Positions 13,755 through 27,122 of a stretch of DNA of 64,000 bases are shown here, piece after piece (within the stretch, counting starts at the first letter, position 1; every line of letters begins with the position of its first letter). The notes under the pieces are model-generated. The model saw nothing but the letters and a program-made list of their open reading frames with translations. It was not told the DNA's origin and ran no database searches. The stretch comes from Macrostomum hystrix (taxonomy: Eukaryota > Animalia > Platyhelminthes): NCBI GenBank assembly GCA_950097015.1, contig CATNEN010000038.1, forward strand, positions 4,092,001 through 4,156,000. The letters are read 5' to 3'. The translations under genes were made by a program, and so were the position numbers.

Positions 13755-14454
13755 ATTGTGGATTAAGGAAACTAGAGTAATTTAAACTAAACTAAAGCAG
13801 GAGAGTGGTAACGGCAGCCGACATATTTATCCGCCCGTTTTACAACACTCTCGCCAGCGGGTAAGCCGCATGAGGAACATATGCAGGAGTGGCCACTGCC
13901 GGACAGACAGACGCGGACTATGCAAAGCCACGTGACTGTACTAGCAGTGACTGGACGCGATCCTACGAGCAAGAAATAAAGTGACCAGCTGCCTGCACAG
14001 TGTGTACACTGTGTATTCCCACAACACTCGCGCAGTTCTCAATCTCCACTCAGCTCGGCGAAGAATTTCTCATCCGCCAATAAGAAGGCGCGAAGCTGAT
14101 AACGCCTACACGCGCAAGGAGAACTGATCGATTATTAATCCTGCATGTCAGTTCAAAAACTAGCTATTGGCATAAGTAAATGGCGAATCCAGCGGACTTA
14201 ATGGAAGCTGCGCTTGAACCAGCTAATTCTAAAATCTTTTTTAAACACGCGGCTCTGGCCTAGTATTAGGAGCACTGATAGTAGCGTTTGGCCCACAAAA
14301 AAAGTAAAAAACAAGCAACCTATATATAATGCGTTATAAAAAATCCGGTTTTCATGTTTATATAGATGAAACATTTTTAAATACAAGAGTGGAGATGCAG
14401 CATTTGTGGTTGTTTGGTCTTATGATTACTATGCATTCACACCCAGAGAACCGC

Positions 14455-14905
14455 TCACTCCTCACTGTCGCTGTATTTAATCAAATCAGCTAGGCTAACA
14501 TCGCTACGAGTCAGCAGTATGTCCAGCGCACGCCGACGATCGGCAGTTTCGCGAAGTGCAGCCAACTGCTGGCTAAGCCGCCTTCTCGCCCGACTAGCCG
14601 CCAGTTCCAGCTCTGAGGCACGATGCTCGCAGGCGTCGGCGGCTGACTGTCTGGGGAGGTAAACGAATGATCCGCCAATGCTTAGCCAGAACCGGCCGTC
14701 ATTTGCATCATAGTCAACATCAAAATAATCATCTTTGACAGGTGGCGGAGGCCGTCGTAGTCGCCTCGCTGAGTTGTGCATTGGCGCCAGGCTTTGCTCT
14801 AAGGTTTCAATTTCATGGCGCAGTTGGCAGCAGGAGTCAAGCAACTGGGCAACTGACGAGAGAACCTCAAGGGAGATGTCAGCTGATTGGGATTTAGAGG
14901 AAGCC
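14455..14905 (-). CDS. PDRG1-like / prefoldin beta-type protein, main exon; the start exon is probably upstream
   Basis: Helix, then beta-hairpin FWLSIGGSFVYLPRQSA, then helix, as in the prefoldin/PDRG1 pattern; pyrimidine-rich acceptor TTTTCTATACTCCAG at ~14906. Confidence 0.6.
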
Positions 14906-17900
14906 TGGAGTATAGAAAATATAGGTGCTTTAATAACAAGGCTGCTATTATGTTATGTTAACTCATCACAAAACTACTGTGATCCATAGATAAACAAAAA
15001 TGCTAGCTAAAAGACCATAAACACAAGATAATTATTGTTGAAAATCAATTTTCTATGTAGGCCTAAGAGATCTAGGCCTATAGGAAATAAAATCATTCTT
15101 TCCAAGAAAATATTTTTAAACATCAATAACAATTGGACCTTTTCCATTTGCCATGCATTCTCATTTTTGCTTTTTTGAGGATCCTAAATTTAGAAATTTA
15201 GGAATGTGCTGGGCAGGTCTAAAATAATTCAAGTAGCCTAAAGCCATCCTTGAAAAATCCTTATTAGGTATCCCATACAAGTTTCAAAATTTTAAGTTGT
15301 CAGAACTCTTAAATGAGATATTGAAATGACACACAGACAAACACCACATGAAAATGAGTATAGGTTTATATAGAAATTACATAGGCCCTAATCAATTATT
15401 AGGCATAAACAATTTACTGATTCCTTAGAAACTAATTCAAGTGAAATATAGTTAAATATTAGCTGGTCTAGAATAGCTTTGCCAGAAAGTATTAGATCAG
15501 TAAAAATTAAAATGTAGCTAATTTAGCAACTTTAAGGAACCCTATGGCTATGAAAATTTTGGTAGTTAACAGTAGGCTTAGAATTAAATAATAATAAGTA
15601 GCTACATTATTAATTTGAATAACCCATATAAATTTTATTTCAATGTTAAAATTAAAAAAATTACTAAATTAGTTATGATATTCAGCTAATACTATTATAT
15701 ATATAGTGTTTTAATAGCCATTGCTTTGAGCAAAAGGGCCTAGCCTATAGCTTTTTACAATTAAATTCTGCAAAAAGTAGAGCCAAAAAACTATGTACAA
15801 GCTAGTTCCTAGAACAATGCCTAACTCAATTAGCTAGAACAAAAATATTGGTCAGCTGGAATCAAGTTATTATTTTTTGTTAATTAGGCTAGCTAGCTAG
15901 GCCTAGGCTAATCTTTATAGGCCCCTAGTCATAGCTGTGCTGCCCTGCCCAGCACAGTACAATTAATGTACATTTCCAGTTATTACAACAGCCTAGTAAA
16001 TACAATTTCAATGGCTAGACTTTAACTCAATAGCAATAGCTAGTCAACTCAATATCTTAGTTATTGGCAGAGCTATATATTAGGCTTGTAGGAATAGGCA
16101 TAGGCCTAGGCATATTGGCAATATAAACATATAGGCAGGCCTACTTTTAGGCAAATAGGTAGGCCCTATATCTAGCCAGATAACGATAAGCACAGAAACA
16201 TAGGCTCTGCCTTTAACTTCTAATCTAGCATACTCGCCTAGCTGTTCAATGTGATTCTGCAAATAAAATTAAGATCCCTGCTAGTGCTAGCTATTAGGTA
16301 TTGGACCTTTGTATGAGTTTAAAAATGGATCGTCTAATTTAGAAAATCCGTCGATTACTGAAAATAGAAGCAAGACGACTAATTAACACCTATCATCGCC
16401 GCCTAAAGAACTCGGGACGGTTCTTTACCACAATTGCACCGCATGAGCTAGTAGCAGTGTGTCTACTAAGTGTCAATTGCGGGCAGTAATAATTTAAGCA
16501 CCATAATAAACGGCTTTCTGCGCCCGGTTATCAATTTTTTAACACGCTATAAGCAGAAAAACAAATAGACATTGTGAAATAGTCTAGCGTAAATAAATAC
16601 AAAAGAGAATTTACTATTTTTATTAAAAAAACAATCATTTAAAGTTAAATTTATCGAAGTAATAATTTATCAGTTTCCATAAACATATAGTATCGAATTC
16701 GAATATTGTGGGTGCTTTCAAAAAAATAATCACAGGTGTTTGTGAAACCATTATAGTGGCATTAATTATAAAGGATTAAAAAATGCGAAGATATATAGAT
16801 GTATAACGTAGAAAGCTGTAAAGTTTAATTTGATTTATATTTTACCCTATCAAGAAAGTGTAAGCTAGATAGGTATTGCCGAAACAATGTAAATTTATCG
16901 CTCCGAAGTTGGTTCCTTGTTCCTTTGAGTTTATGTTTTGCACAACATTTTGCCTTCTCTAAAAATGAATCAACTTTAAAGCACTTCTAAATACTTAATA
17001 TAAAGCAATATTATTTGAGTTACCGAATTTCTGTACGTCCATAATCACTAGATAAACGTTTTTTGTATTTAGGAATTTCTATCGAGTTGTTATTTAGTAT
17101 TGTGGCCAAATTTTATGGTCAATAAGCATTATGCTATAGCACCTTCATTATTCTTATTGTTCATTTAAAATGCTTCGAGATGATGAAAGCATTGCTTTTA
17201 GTCGTTTTATCACTATATTATACCGCCTAAGATTGTCGCTGTTGGAAGTAATAAACACAGTTTAATTAGATAATAATATTGTGTAATCGCGAATTAGTCT
17301 ATTTCCTTGAAACAAATATTTACCTGATTCACCGCCCCCTACAGTTAGGCCACTACCTATCTCAGTCTAACTGGTTTAGAATTTTGGTACATTTTTAGCT
17401 TTTGCGTCGTCTCTCTCCCATGGCAATGCCCATGCAAACTTATCAAATGGTTGTCGGGGACCTGTTTTTTGTTAGGCTCCAAACCTTTAGAGGTACTATA
17501 ATTATTTAAGTGGTTGGATCAGCTTTCTACTGAAAGGCAGACACGGCAGCAGTCTCACATGGCTCAGAATATAATATCCGAATTTAGTTAAAATGAACTG
17601 ACATTAACCATATCCTACTCGTAAATAATTTTTTGGTAAAAACCAACTCTAGAAGTTTCTTACCATTCGTCTTGTGTCCTATTTTTTATTAGTCCTTTCT
17701 AGTATTAAAGCACAGAAAAGTTCATAGGGGTCTCAACTCGCTTATCAAGCTAGCTCAGTTATCAGACGAGTTCAATACCTGGATGAGAGCCGTCTATTTA
17801 GCAACTTAAAAACTGCCGAGCATGCACCTAAAATACGCTCGTATGCTACTTTAGTCGCTGGAAAAGAACATTCTTATCTTCTACACAGCTGTCCAGCACA

Positions 17901-18120
17901 GGCGGGCACAGGTAACTCTGGGACATAGGGACGGTGTGAATCACCAGAATTTCGGATTAAATATGGCACTGGTCTTGTAGTTCTGATCAAGCCTGGGTTG
18001 AGGCTAGTTTAATTTTGTGTACATGCAAGCTGATTAGCCAATAGAAGCAATATAAGAGAATTGGCAAGCAGAAACATAGAGGAAAAACAAATAATTAGAG
18101 GAGAGCTAACTACATCTACT

Positions 18121-18434
18121 CAGGGGTCGGCAAACTTATTGGCGTTCTGGCCACTGAGAGAACCTAAAATACGTCAGCGGGCCGCGTTGACGTAGGAATA
18201 TGAGAAAGGAGAAAGATAAGGGGGAGATGAGACACAAGAGAGATAAGACACGGGACAGATGAATCAAGGGAGAGATGAGACCGAGAAGAGATGAAACTCT
18301 CTATCTCCAGATGAGAGAGAGATGAGACAGGGGAAAGATAAGACAGGATACTGTAGGTGTTAGAAGGGGCAGCGGTCTGCATATCGGAGCTTCGAGGGCT
18401 GCATCTGGCCCACGGGCCGGAGTTTTCTAACCTG
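18121..18434. mobile_element. hAT/Charlie-like MITE remnant
   Basis: Left end CAGGGGTCGGCAAACTT; right subterminal GGCCCACGGGCCGGAGTTT typical of Charlie-type ends; right terminus degenerate. Confidence 0.55.
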
Positions 18435-19293
18435 CTTATTCGCTTTTAACGCCTGGCGAGCTGAGCTGATCGCGATTGGCCAACTTGAAGCTTCCGCTGT
18501 GGCTGCGCTTGATATCGGCTTAATTCACCGTCATGTTTTCGCTGTTGAATGTCCCAGCCGCTCGTCGGTATCGGCAGGGTGAGTCAATATTTTTATTAAT
18601 TCTAAACAAATCTGCGTTTTTTATATGGCAAACTGTCACTAAATCTTTTTTTCAGTGCATTCGAAAGCCAACGCAGCCCTCCAGGAGGCGGAGGCGAAAA
18701 ATCAGAAGTCGGAAAGACTGTAGCCACCTCAGACCCATAACAATTCAGTAGTCCATGCAGATCAGCACAATAGGTGACCTTAACAGGACAGGCGAAGCAT
18801 TTCTAATTCTCTATCGCTTTGAAAATTAGTAAAATATAAACTAACATGGCAAGTTTATCAAGTTTAACTTCCTGCAGAACATTTTCACTAGCTGCCACCA
18901 CCAGAGGAACGATAAAATCTCGTTTATACTCAGTAATTAATCACCGTAACTTAACTGTCTGTATTATTATGTGCTTCAATGTGGACTATCGTATTTGGTT
19001 TTACCTATAAATTTCCTAGAACAACATATCAAGCTCGTTAAAAAAGCTCGTAGATTGTGTATGTTCAGAAAAATCAGTACAATCAATCTAGATTTTCTGT
19101 GTCAGCTCGTTAGACTCCTTAGTTTTTATTAGAGTTCTCTTATGATTACTACAAGCTACCTTGTACTGCAAGTCGTTAGTTATCCATCCGCTTGTACTAC
19201 CTTGTTATCCATCCGCTTGTACTACCTTGTTATCCATCCGCTGTATAATTGAATCATTTTTCAGCACTTACAAAGACGTAAATAAAACCAGTC

Positions 19294-21833
19294 ATGACGG
19301 AAGGCCGCAGCGAGCGAGACTTTCAGAGGTTCATGACCGACAAGAAGGTTGAATTAGAAAAGTTTTATGACAAACTCGAGCTGTTGGCTGCACCAGAGCT
19401 GGCCAGAAGAATAGTCAGCAGCAGTGAAAAAATGCAAAACCTGATGCGCGCACTGCAAATTCTGATGAATGATCTTTATGGGGACATGGAGCAGCTGCAG
19501 CTGAGCGAGCCGCAGCTGGCGCAGCACCGTCAGCAAGTCAGCCAGCTGATGGCCAGGCGCTCAAAGCTGTTGGAAGGTCTCAGTCGCATTTGCGTCGAGA
19601 TCTACAGGCTACAGTCTGATGCGTGCTTCAGCAAGCCCGAGCTAGAAAGCGTTAACAAGCTGCAGTCGCACTCACTTTACTTTGTGACAGCAAACTTCCA
19701 CAACTTCACCGACAGTAGCCTTGAATTCTGCATCGCGCTCTCCCGCATCCAACTTCTGTTCCAGGATTTTGTTAAGCCAATGCTGGTGCTTTGGTACGAA
19801 AAACATGAGGACGTCAAAGGCTGTCTTCGAGCTGTCACAGCGTCAATCGGATTTATGTACAACATGCTTTACCGAAGCAATCCTGAGATCCACAGGGCTC
19901 TAGCGGGCTTGAATGTTGCTGTGGCGGTGATTCCTTACCTGAAAAGCTCAATCCTATCAGTACAGACTTCAGCGCTGCTGCTCATCGCATTCGCTCTCGA
20001 CGAGAGCAAGGCGAGCATGTACGGCACCGCCAGGGAGGCGATGGAGTATCTCGTGAGTTGCCTCAGAGAGTCGCTTGACTCAGACGGCAGAAGATCTCAA
20101 GGCTACCACATCTCAGAGCTGACCATCTGCCTGAACCGTTTGGCTCTCAACGACTCCAACAAGCGGCTCTTGGTGAAGCTGGAGCTGCTCCCTGTACTTC
20201 GTAGGATGTGCAGCGGCGACCGAGACGATGACATCGTCGCTGCGTTGGACATTCTGAGCACATTAAGCCGTTTGGCAGAAAATCGTCCTTCAATTGAGCA
20301 GCAGTTCTTGGACGTTCTCGCCAAACTGTTTTCCAGCTCGAAGCGGAACAGCAAAACGGGCGACTTTTTACGAAATTACCGCGCATTGCGGGTCAGTGTA
20401 GCTCGTTGTAAATTAGCATAGTAATTTAAATTTAGTTTGACGCATTTTTTATGCTTCTAATGACTGCTTCATCAATATTCATCACACGGAACAAACTAAT
20501 AAAGGACGTCGACGAGAACCTCGGCGGGCGAGTTTCACGCTGCCATGTCGAGGCCAATCATAAAGGTCCTGCACAGATGCAACACGCATTGGGTCTCGTG
20601 GATGCGCTCAAGAGGCTACAGGTTGATGTAAGACATTTTTTAACGCAAATTATATTATTTATCAAGCCATTTTGAAATTTAGGCAATGTACGGGATAAAC
20701 ATTTTGCAATTAAAAAAGTCTGCATTGGACAGCATGCACTATCTAGCACCCACTCCATGATGCTCCTGTATGAGTAAGAGACGCACCAAGCACGCAAATA
20801 TATTTTCCGAACGCATTAGGCCGCTGCTAAAGCCGTTCCAACACCGCAGATAGCATCGCAGCGACAGCCATCACCGCCACTGAAGTCACTGGCTGACGAA
20901 GCTCCTAGCTTGGACGCGAGCTTCACCTCCTGGGACTTTGTGCAGGAGAATGACAAGAAGAAGTGCATTGGAGCCGGTGGATTCGGCAAGGTGTTCGAGG
21001 CATTCACAGACCGGCACCAGTTCATTGCAGTCAAGGTCATCAAGCCGCTTCTGCAGATGACTCCGGAGGCGCAGCGGAAAATCTTTGAGCAGGAGAAGCG
21101 AGCTCTCGAGCTGCTCACCAAAGTCACACACAGAAACGTCGTTCGCTTCCTCAAAGCTGAGGAGAAGGCCGGCAAATACTTCATCTTCTGTGAGCTGCTG
21201 TCCGGCTGCACCATTGAGCAGCTGATGATGCGACAGGGAAAGCCTATCGACGAAGATGGAATTCGCAAGTTCATCGGACAGGTTGGTGGCAGTGTTTTCA
21301 ATGTGTGCTCAAATGACTAACTCATGCGAGCAGAACATCACCGAGTGTCACGACTCACTCTGCAGACGTGCTCAGCGCTGTCCCACCTGCACGGCCTCAC
21401 CAACCCGATCATCCATCGCGACATCAAGTCGTCGAATCTCATGCTCACCTACTCGGGCACAGTCAAGCTCATCGACTTCGGCTTCGCACGGGAGATCTTC
21501 ACGTCGAAGATGGTCACTCACCAGCAGTGCGGCACTCTGCACTTCATGGCTCCAGAAATCCTCACTGCCGAGGATGAGGTGGCGTACACACCAAAGACCG
21601 ACATGTGGGCGGTCGGCTGCACCGCGTTCGAGATGGCCACACGCGAGCCGCCGAATGCCGACGTGAGGCAGATCTTCCGGCTCGCTGTCCTCGTCTCGAC
21701 CAAGCCCATGCCGCAGCTGCCACAGTCAGTGAGCAGCTCGCTGCGGGACTTTTATCGGGTGTGTGTCCAGCAGGAGCCCAGAGACAGGCCGACCGCGAGC
21801 GAGTTGGCGAGACACCGCTTCCTTGCTGGCTAG
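19294..21833 (+). CDS. ARM-like repeat + Ser/Thr kinase (STE11/MAP3K-like), paralogue A, ~716 aa (exons 19294-20391, 20505-20627, 20820-21281, 21366-21833)
   Basis: All junctions are phase-0 GT-AG and in frame. Kinase motifs GAGGFGKV, AVK, HRDIKSSN, DFG, GTLHFMAPE, DMWAVGCTAFEMATREPP are intact. The helical N-terminus has LNRLALNDSNKRLLVKLELLPVL...AALDILSTLS (ARM-like). Confidence 0.85.
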
Positions 21834-23453
21834 GACGAAGTTAAAGTCTGTTGAGGTATAACTTCAACTGACCAAGCGCAGTTTGATTGTCTCCGTCAGG
21901 TTGATCGATGGTTTGATTACAAGATAAAGTGTATAAGGCGATATGAAATCGAAAGATAAGATGACATTATAATTCATCAGCATGATGTTATCCTTGGTTT
22001 CAGGCGCATTATGGATCGGAAATGTTTTTTTATTCTATTGTATTGTGTTGTTTTTTAATCCATTATTACTGAAACTTATGGAGATCGCACAAATTTGCTT
22101 TCTCAAACTATACATGTACCAATATTCGGCTGTACAAATCTTTCTTGTCCTTTATTCACGTCGGATGATTTAGGATGATGGTTAGTCGTATTGTTCATAA
22201 TTGTGTTTTAGGAGCTGTGTTATATGTACAAATATATTCTAGATTATGTGATAAGTCGATTGAAGTTTACCATGTTGATGAGTTGACTTGTGTCTCCTTA
22301 CAGAACAGAATAGAAATTATGGTGTAGTAATAGCCTGTACGAGCCTGTTCTCTCGTATGTCCTCTATTTCACCTGAAGTGAGCACCACAGGCATATACGA
22401 GTATTATCTGTGGTGAGCGCTAGAAACGTCTCTTAAGGCAATTTTCGAATCGTGTTACATAGTTGTATTCACATTTTTGTCATCTTGTCAGGAAAATGTA
22501 CGCATGGAGGTCCATGGTGGAAAATCCTTAGGCGCCAAAGCCTTTCATTGAATCGAAACACAGAGTGCATTCGATGAATTGAGATGCGGATAAAATTGTT
22601 GATCATTTTCCCTTTGCATAATCAACTAATTGTGTTTTTTTTCATTCTCACCATGGACAACTTATGTCTGCGTACGCCTAAGTGAAATCATGTAGAAAAC
22701 AAAAAAATGCGATTACAGCATAGCCTATTTTTTGTTGTTTTCTTTTGTGCAGTTCTTCGTTTGATCTGATTTTTAACTTGTAAGCAGATTTTTTACCTAA
22801 TTAATTCTTACTACACTATCGATTAATTCCTGAAAAATGGAGAGTTTTTGTTAAGTATCGTTTATTATAATATTAAAATAAACAGCTTTCATTCCCTATT
22901 CACCTTTGGTATTAATTTTTAGCTCTGATTAAATAAAATTTAGCCAAAAATGTTATGCTTTCAGTAGAGAAGCAGAAGTTTCATGTCTAGGATGGCTAGC
23001 ACAATCTGGGGAATCTGGAGAACAATCTTTTTCCCACTGGGGAAAGACCACATGACCAACTTCACGATAGCTCCCAAAACGAATGATAGATTTTAGTGAA
23101 AGTCCACCATTTCGGTCAAAATTTTCCGCCCTTCCCGCAATCAACTAATTTTCATGCCCTCCGAGTCTGCATCATGTGGATTTCATGAAGAAATTAGAGT
23201 AGAACGGAAAATTTTTGTCCGTGATTTTTTTGCGATAGGTTGAATATTTTGGAACAGGTCAAGAAAAAAGGTTTTTGAAATACCCCAGTGGTCGTTCTAC
23301 TAGCTGTAAATATCCTTGATCTGGAGAATCATTAGCTTTCAAACATACATGTTTGATTTATGTTTGATTTATGTTTGACGCAAATAAAAGTAAGACAACT
23401 CACTTATCTTTGCAGCATTATTGCGTGGACCACGAACGCACAGAAGAGCAGCG

Positions 23454-26400
23454 ATGGCGCAAGGCAAAACTGAACGTGATTTCCTTAAGTTCATGGCCGA
23501 GAAAAAGTCTGAGCTGGAAGATTTCTTTAGCACGCTCGAAGTTCTTGTAACGAAAGAGAGGGCTGGAAAAATAGTATCTGACAAAGATAAATTAATAACT
23601 TTGGGACGCTCCCTTCACGCTCTAATGAATGATCATTATGGAAACATGGAGCAGCTGCAGCTGAGCGAGCCGCAGCTGGCGCAGCATCGTCAGCAAGTCA
23701 GCCAGCTGATGGCCAGACGCCCAAAGCTGCTGGAAGGTCTCAGTCGAATATGCATCGACATATATAGGGTGCGGGCTGATGCGTGCTTTAGCAAGACCGA
23801 GCTGGAAAGCGGCAATAAGCTGCAGTCCATTATGTTGTTCTATATAACTGGAAATTTCCACAACTTCACTGACAGCAGCCTGGAATTCTGCCTTTCGCTG
23901 TCTAGAACACCATTTTTCTTCAAAGACTTTGTAAAGCCAATGCTGGGCAGTTGGTTTAACAAGCATGAGATTAACGAGGGTTGCTTCGAAGCAGTTAGCT
24001 CTTCCCTCGGCTTAACGTACAACATGCTGTTCAGGAGCAATCCCGAAATTCTAATGGTCCTTTCAGAAACTAAGGTGGTGGAGTCGGTAGTTCCGTACCT
24101 GAAAAGCTCAATCCTATCAGTACAGACTTCAGCGCTGCTGCTCATCGCATTCGCTCTCGACGAGAGCAAGGCGAGCATGTACGGCACCGCCAGGGAGGCG
24201 ATGGAGTATCTCGTGAGTTGCCTCAGAGAGTCGCTTGACTCAGACGGCAGAAGATCTCAAGGCTACCACATCTCAGAGCTGACCATCTGCCTGAACCGTT
24301 TGGCTCTCAACGACTCCAACAAGCGGCTCTTGGTGAAGCTGGAGCTGCTCCCTGTACTTCGTAGGATGTGCAGCGGCGACCGAGACGATGACATCGTTGC
24401 TGCGTTGGACATTCTGAGCACATTGAGCCGTTTGGCAGAAAATCGTCCTCCAATCGAGCAGCAGTTCTTGGACGTTCTCGCCAAACTGTTTTCCAGCTCG
24501 AAGCGGAACAGCAAAACGGGCGACCTGTTGCGAAATTACCGCTCTTTTAAGGTCAGAAAAAACCACGTTTTCTAAAATTTCCTGCTTCCATCGAGGCGAA
24601 ATTTTCAGAGCCCAACGGATATACTCGTAGTTTAGACAATGCGCAATCTAACGCTTGCATGCAGGAAAATGTGCATAATTTTATGGGAAAGCAGAAGGGA
24701 AACTTTAATTGCTTAACGCAGCTCGTCGAAAGAATATAGAATTTCTCAACAAAAGTCTCACTACATGTGTTAATCAAGGACCTCGATAAGAACCTCAGCG
24801 GGCGAGTTTCCACCGCCGGTGTCGAAACTAGTCAGGATGGGCCTGGACAGAAACAACGTGAGAAGTCTGGTCTAACAGACATGGTCACGAGACTTCGAAT
24901 TGATGTAAGACAATCGCGATTCTATTTTTGAAGCTTTGAAGACACTGAAGTTCATTGGCTAGCAATAAGTGTTGCAACGATATTAAATATTGTTGTGACG
25001 CACACCTCATCCCTGCCCTATCATTTTCTCACCTCTTTCTCGTTCCCTGCCCCGCCGGTCGGCTTGCATGCCCACCCAATTTATTTATCGATCGCCCCGG
25101 CCTACCCCTATTTGTTGTATGTACATCTCACCTGCCCTGCGTGCTCTCTTAACCCCCTGTTGTTTTGTCTCTAAAGCCCCGGAGTTCTGTGTGTGCCGAC
25201 CTAGCCATATAGCTGTGCCCAGCTAATTAGACCCCGCAAAACTCTCGTCCGTCCACCCGTTACCCTGTTTTAATATACTAGTGCGAAAAAACTCGACCGG
25301 CCACCATTGCATCAGTCGAGACACTGTGAGTCGGTTGTTTCTCTCTGTCATTCTGACGCGGGTAGAGCGGCGCTTTTCTGGGGACCTGGGGACTCGCAGC
25401 TTACCCAACCTAGCTATAGGCCTACCTGCACATGTAGGTGACTCACAACAATATTCTAACGTATCTTAATTTATATTTTCCCAGGGCGAGGATGGTTCTG
25501 CGATTCTGCGATTCCATCCCCAAACTGGAGCGAACATCCAGCTGTCACGTGATCGTCTGTGCGCCACCCGACGCAACGCAGAGTTCTGTTGTAGCGAAGC
25601 CCTGGTGTTTAGCAGTAGACCCCTGAGAGAGAATGAGACTCTCACGTGGAAGATTGAAAACAATGATTGCAACACATGGCTAGGTAGATTTAGCTTTGGA
25701 GTGACAGATGCTGACCCAGCGGGTCTGCAGCCGCTGCCAAGTACTTTTGATGAGTTAGAAAGGCTATGGGGAATTTGGTTTGAAAACACGATTATAGTTG
25801 CGTACAAAACCTGTGAAAACCTGGACATTGTCAGCTTGGGTGTAAAGTCATCGGAAACTGTTGGTGTTAGGCTATGCGGCGCCTCTAGCGAACTGCAGCT
25901 CTTCCACAATGGCAACCAGATCGACGTCGGGAAACCAGTGAAAGTGCCGCTGACGACTCCTCTGTGGGCTGTGCTCGATGTCTATGGGCCCTGCACCCAG
26001 GTGTCGATACTGCCGAACGACACGGCAGGTCAGGTGAGACCGATTTTTGTTAGCTTTTGCATTTTTTCTAATTAACATATGTGAATGCTGCACAGAAAAA
26101 CGATTGCTACAATCATGCTATTTCGAAAGGAAGTTGCAGAGAGACAATACCAACAGCGATTGCCACCAGACAATTCGCCGGCTGACGAGGCTCCTAACTT
26201 GGACGCGAGCTTCACCTCCTGGGACTTTGTGCAGGAGAATGACAAGAAGAAGTGCATTGGAGCCGGTGGATTCGGCAAGGTGTTCGAGGCATTCACAGAC
26301 CGGCACCAGTTCATTGCAGTCAAGGTCATCAAGCCGCTTCTGCAGATGACTCCGGAGGCGCAGCGGAAAATCTTTGAGCAGGAGAAGCGAGCTCTCGAGC

Positions 26401-27122
26401 TGCTCACCAAAGTCACACACAGAAACGTCGTTCGCTTCCTCAAAGCTGAGGAGAAGGCCGGCAAATACTTCATCTTCTGTGAGCTGCTGTCCGGCTGCAC
26501 CATTGAGCAGCTGATGATGCGACAGGGAAAGCCTATCGACGAAGATGGAATTCGCAAGTTCATCGGACAGGTTGGTGGCAGTGTTTTCAATGTGTGCTCA
26601 AATGACTAACTCATGCGAGCAGAACATCACCGAGTGTCACGACTCACTCTGCAGACGTGCTCAGCGCTGTCCCACCTGCACGGCCTCACCAACCCGATCA
26701 TCCATCGCGACATCAAGTCGTCGAATCTCATGCTCACCTACTCGGGCACAGTCAAGCTCATCGACTTCGGCTTCGCACGGGAGATCTTCACGTCGAAGAT
26801 GGTCACTCACCAGCAGTGCGGCACTCTGCACTTCATGGCTCCAGAAATCCTCACTGCCGAGGATGAGGTGGCGTACACACCAAAGACCGACATGTGGGCG
26901 GTCGGCTGCACCGCGTTCGAGATGGCCACACGCGAGCCGCCGAATGCCGACGTGAGGCAGATCTTCCGGCTCGCTGTCCTCGTCTCGACCAAGCCCATGC
27001 CGCAGCTGCCACAGTCAGTGAGCAGCTCGCTGCGGGACTTTTATCGGGTGTGTGTCCAGCAGGAGCCCGGAGACAGGCCGACCGCGAGCGAGTTGGCGAG
27101 ACACCGCTTCCTTGCTGGCTAG
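23454..27122 (+). CDS. ARM-like repeat + Neuralized (NHR) domain + Ser/Thr kinase, paralogue B, ~893 aa (exons 23454-24551, 24779-24904, 25485-26033, 26130-26570, 26655-27122)
   Basis: Same exon-1 length (1098 nt) and intron positions as paralogue A. The extra phase-0 exon reads LRFHPQTGANIQLSRD...LVFSSRPLRENE...W.G.FSFGVT..DP...PLWAVLDVYG, the NHR signature. The kinase is nearly identical to A. Confidence 0.85.

Noticed and set aside
20816-21301. Antisense and alternate-frame ORFs over the kinase, peroxiredoxin, ATPase, PanK and UVRAG exons
   Set aside because: Shadow ORFs of GC-rich coding sequence with no independent motifs or splice support.
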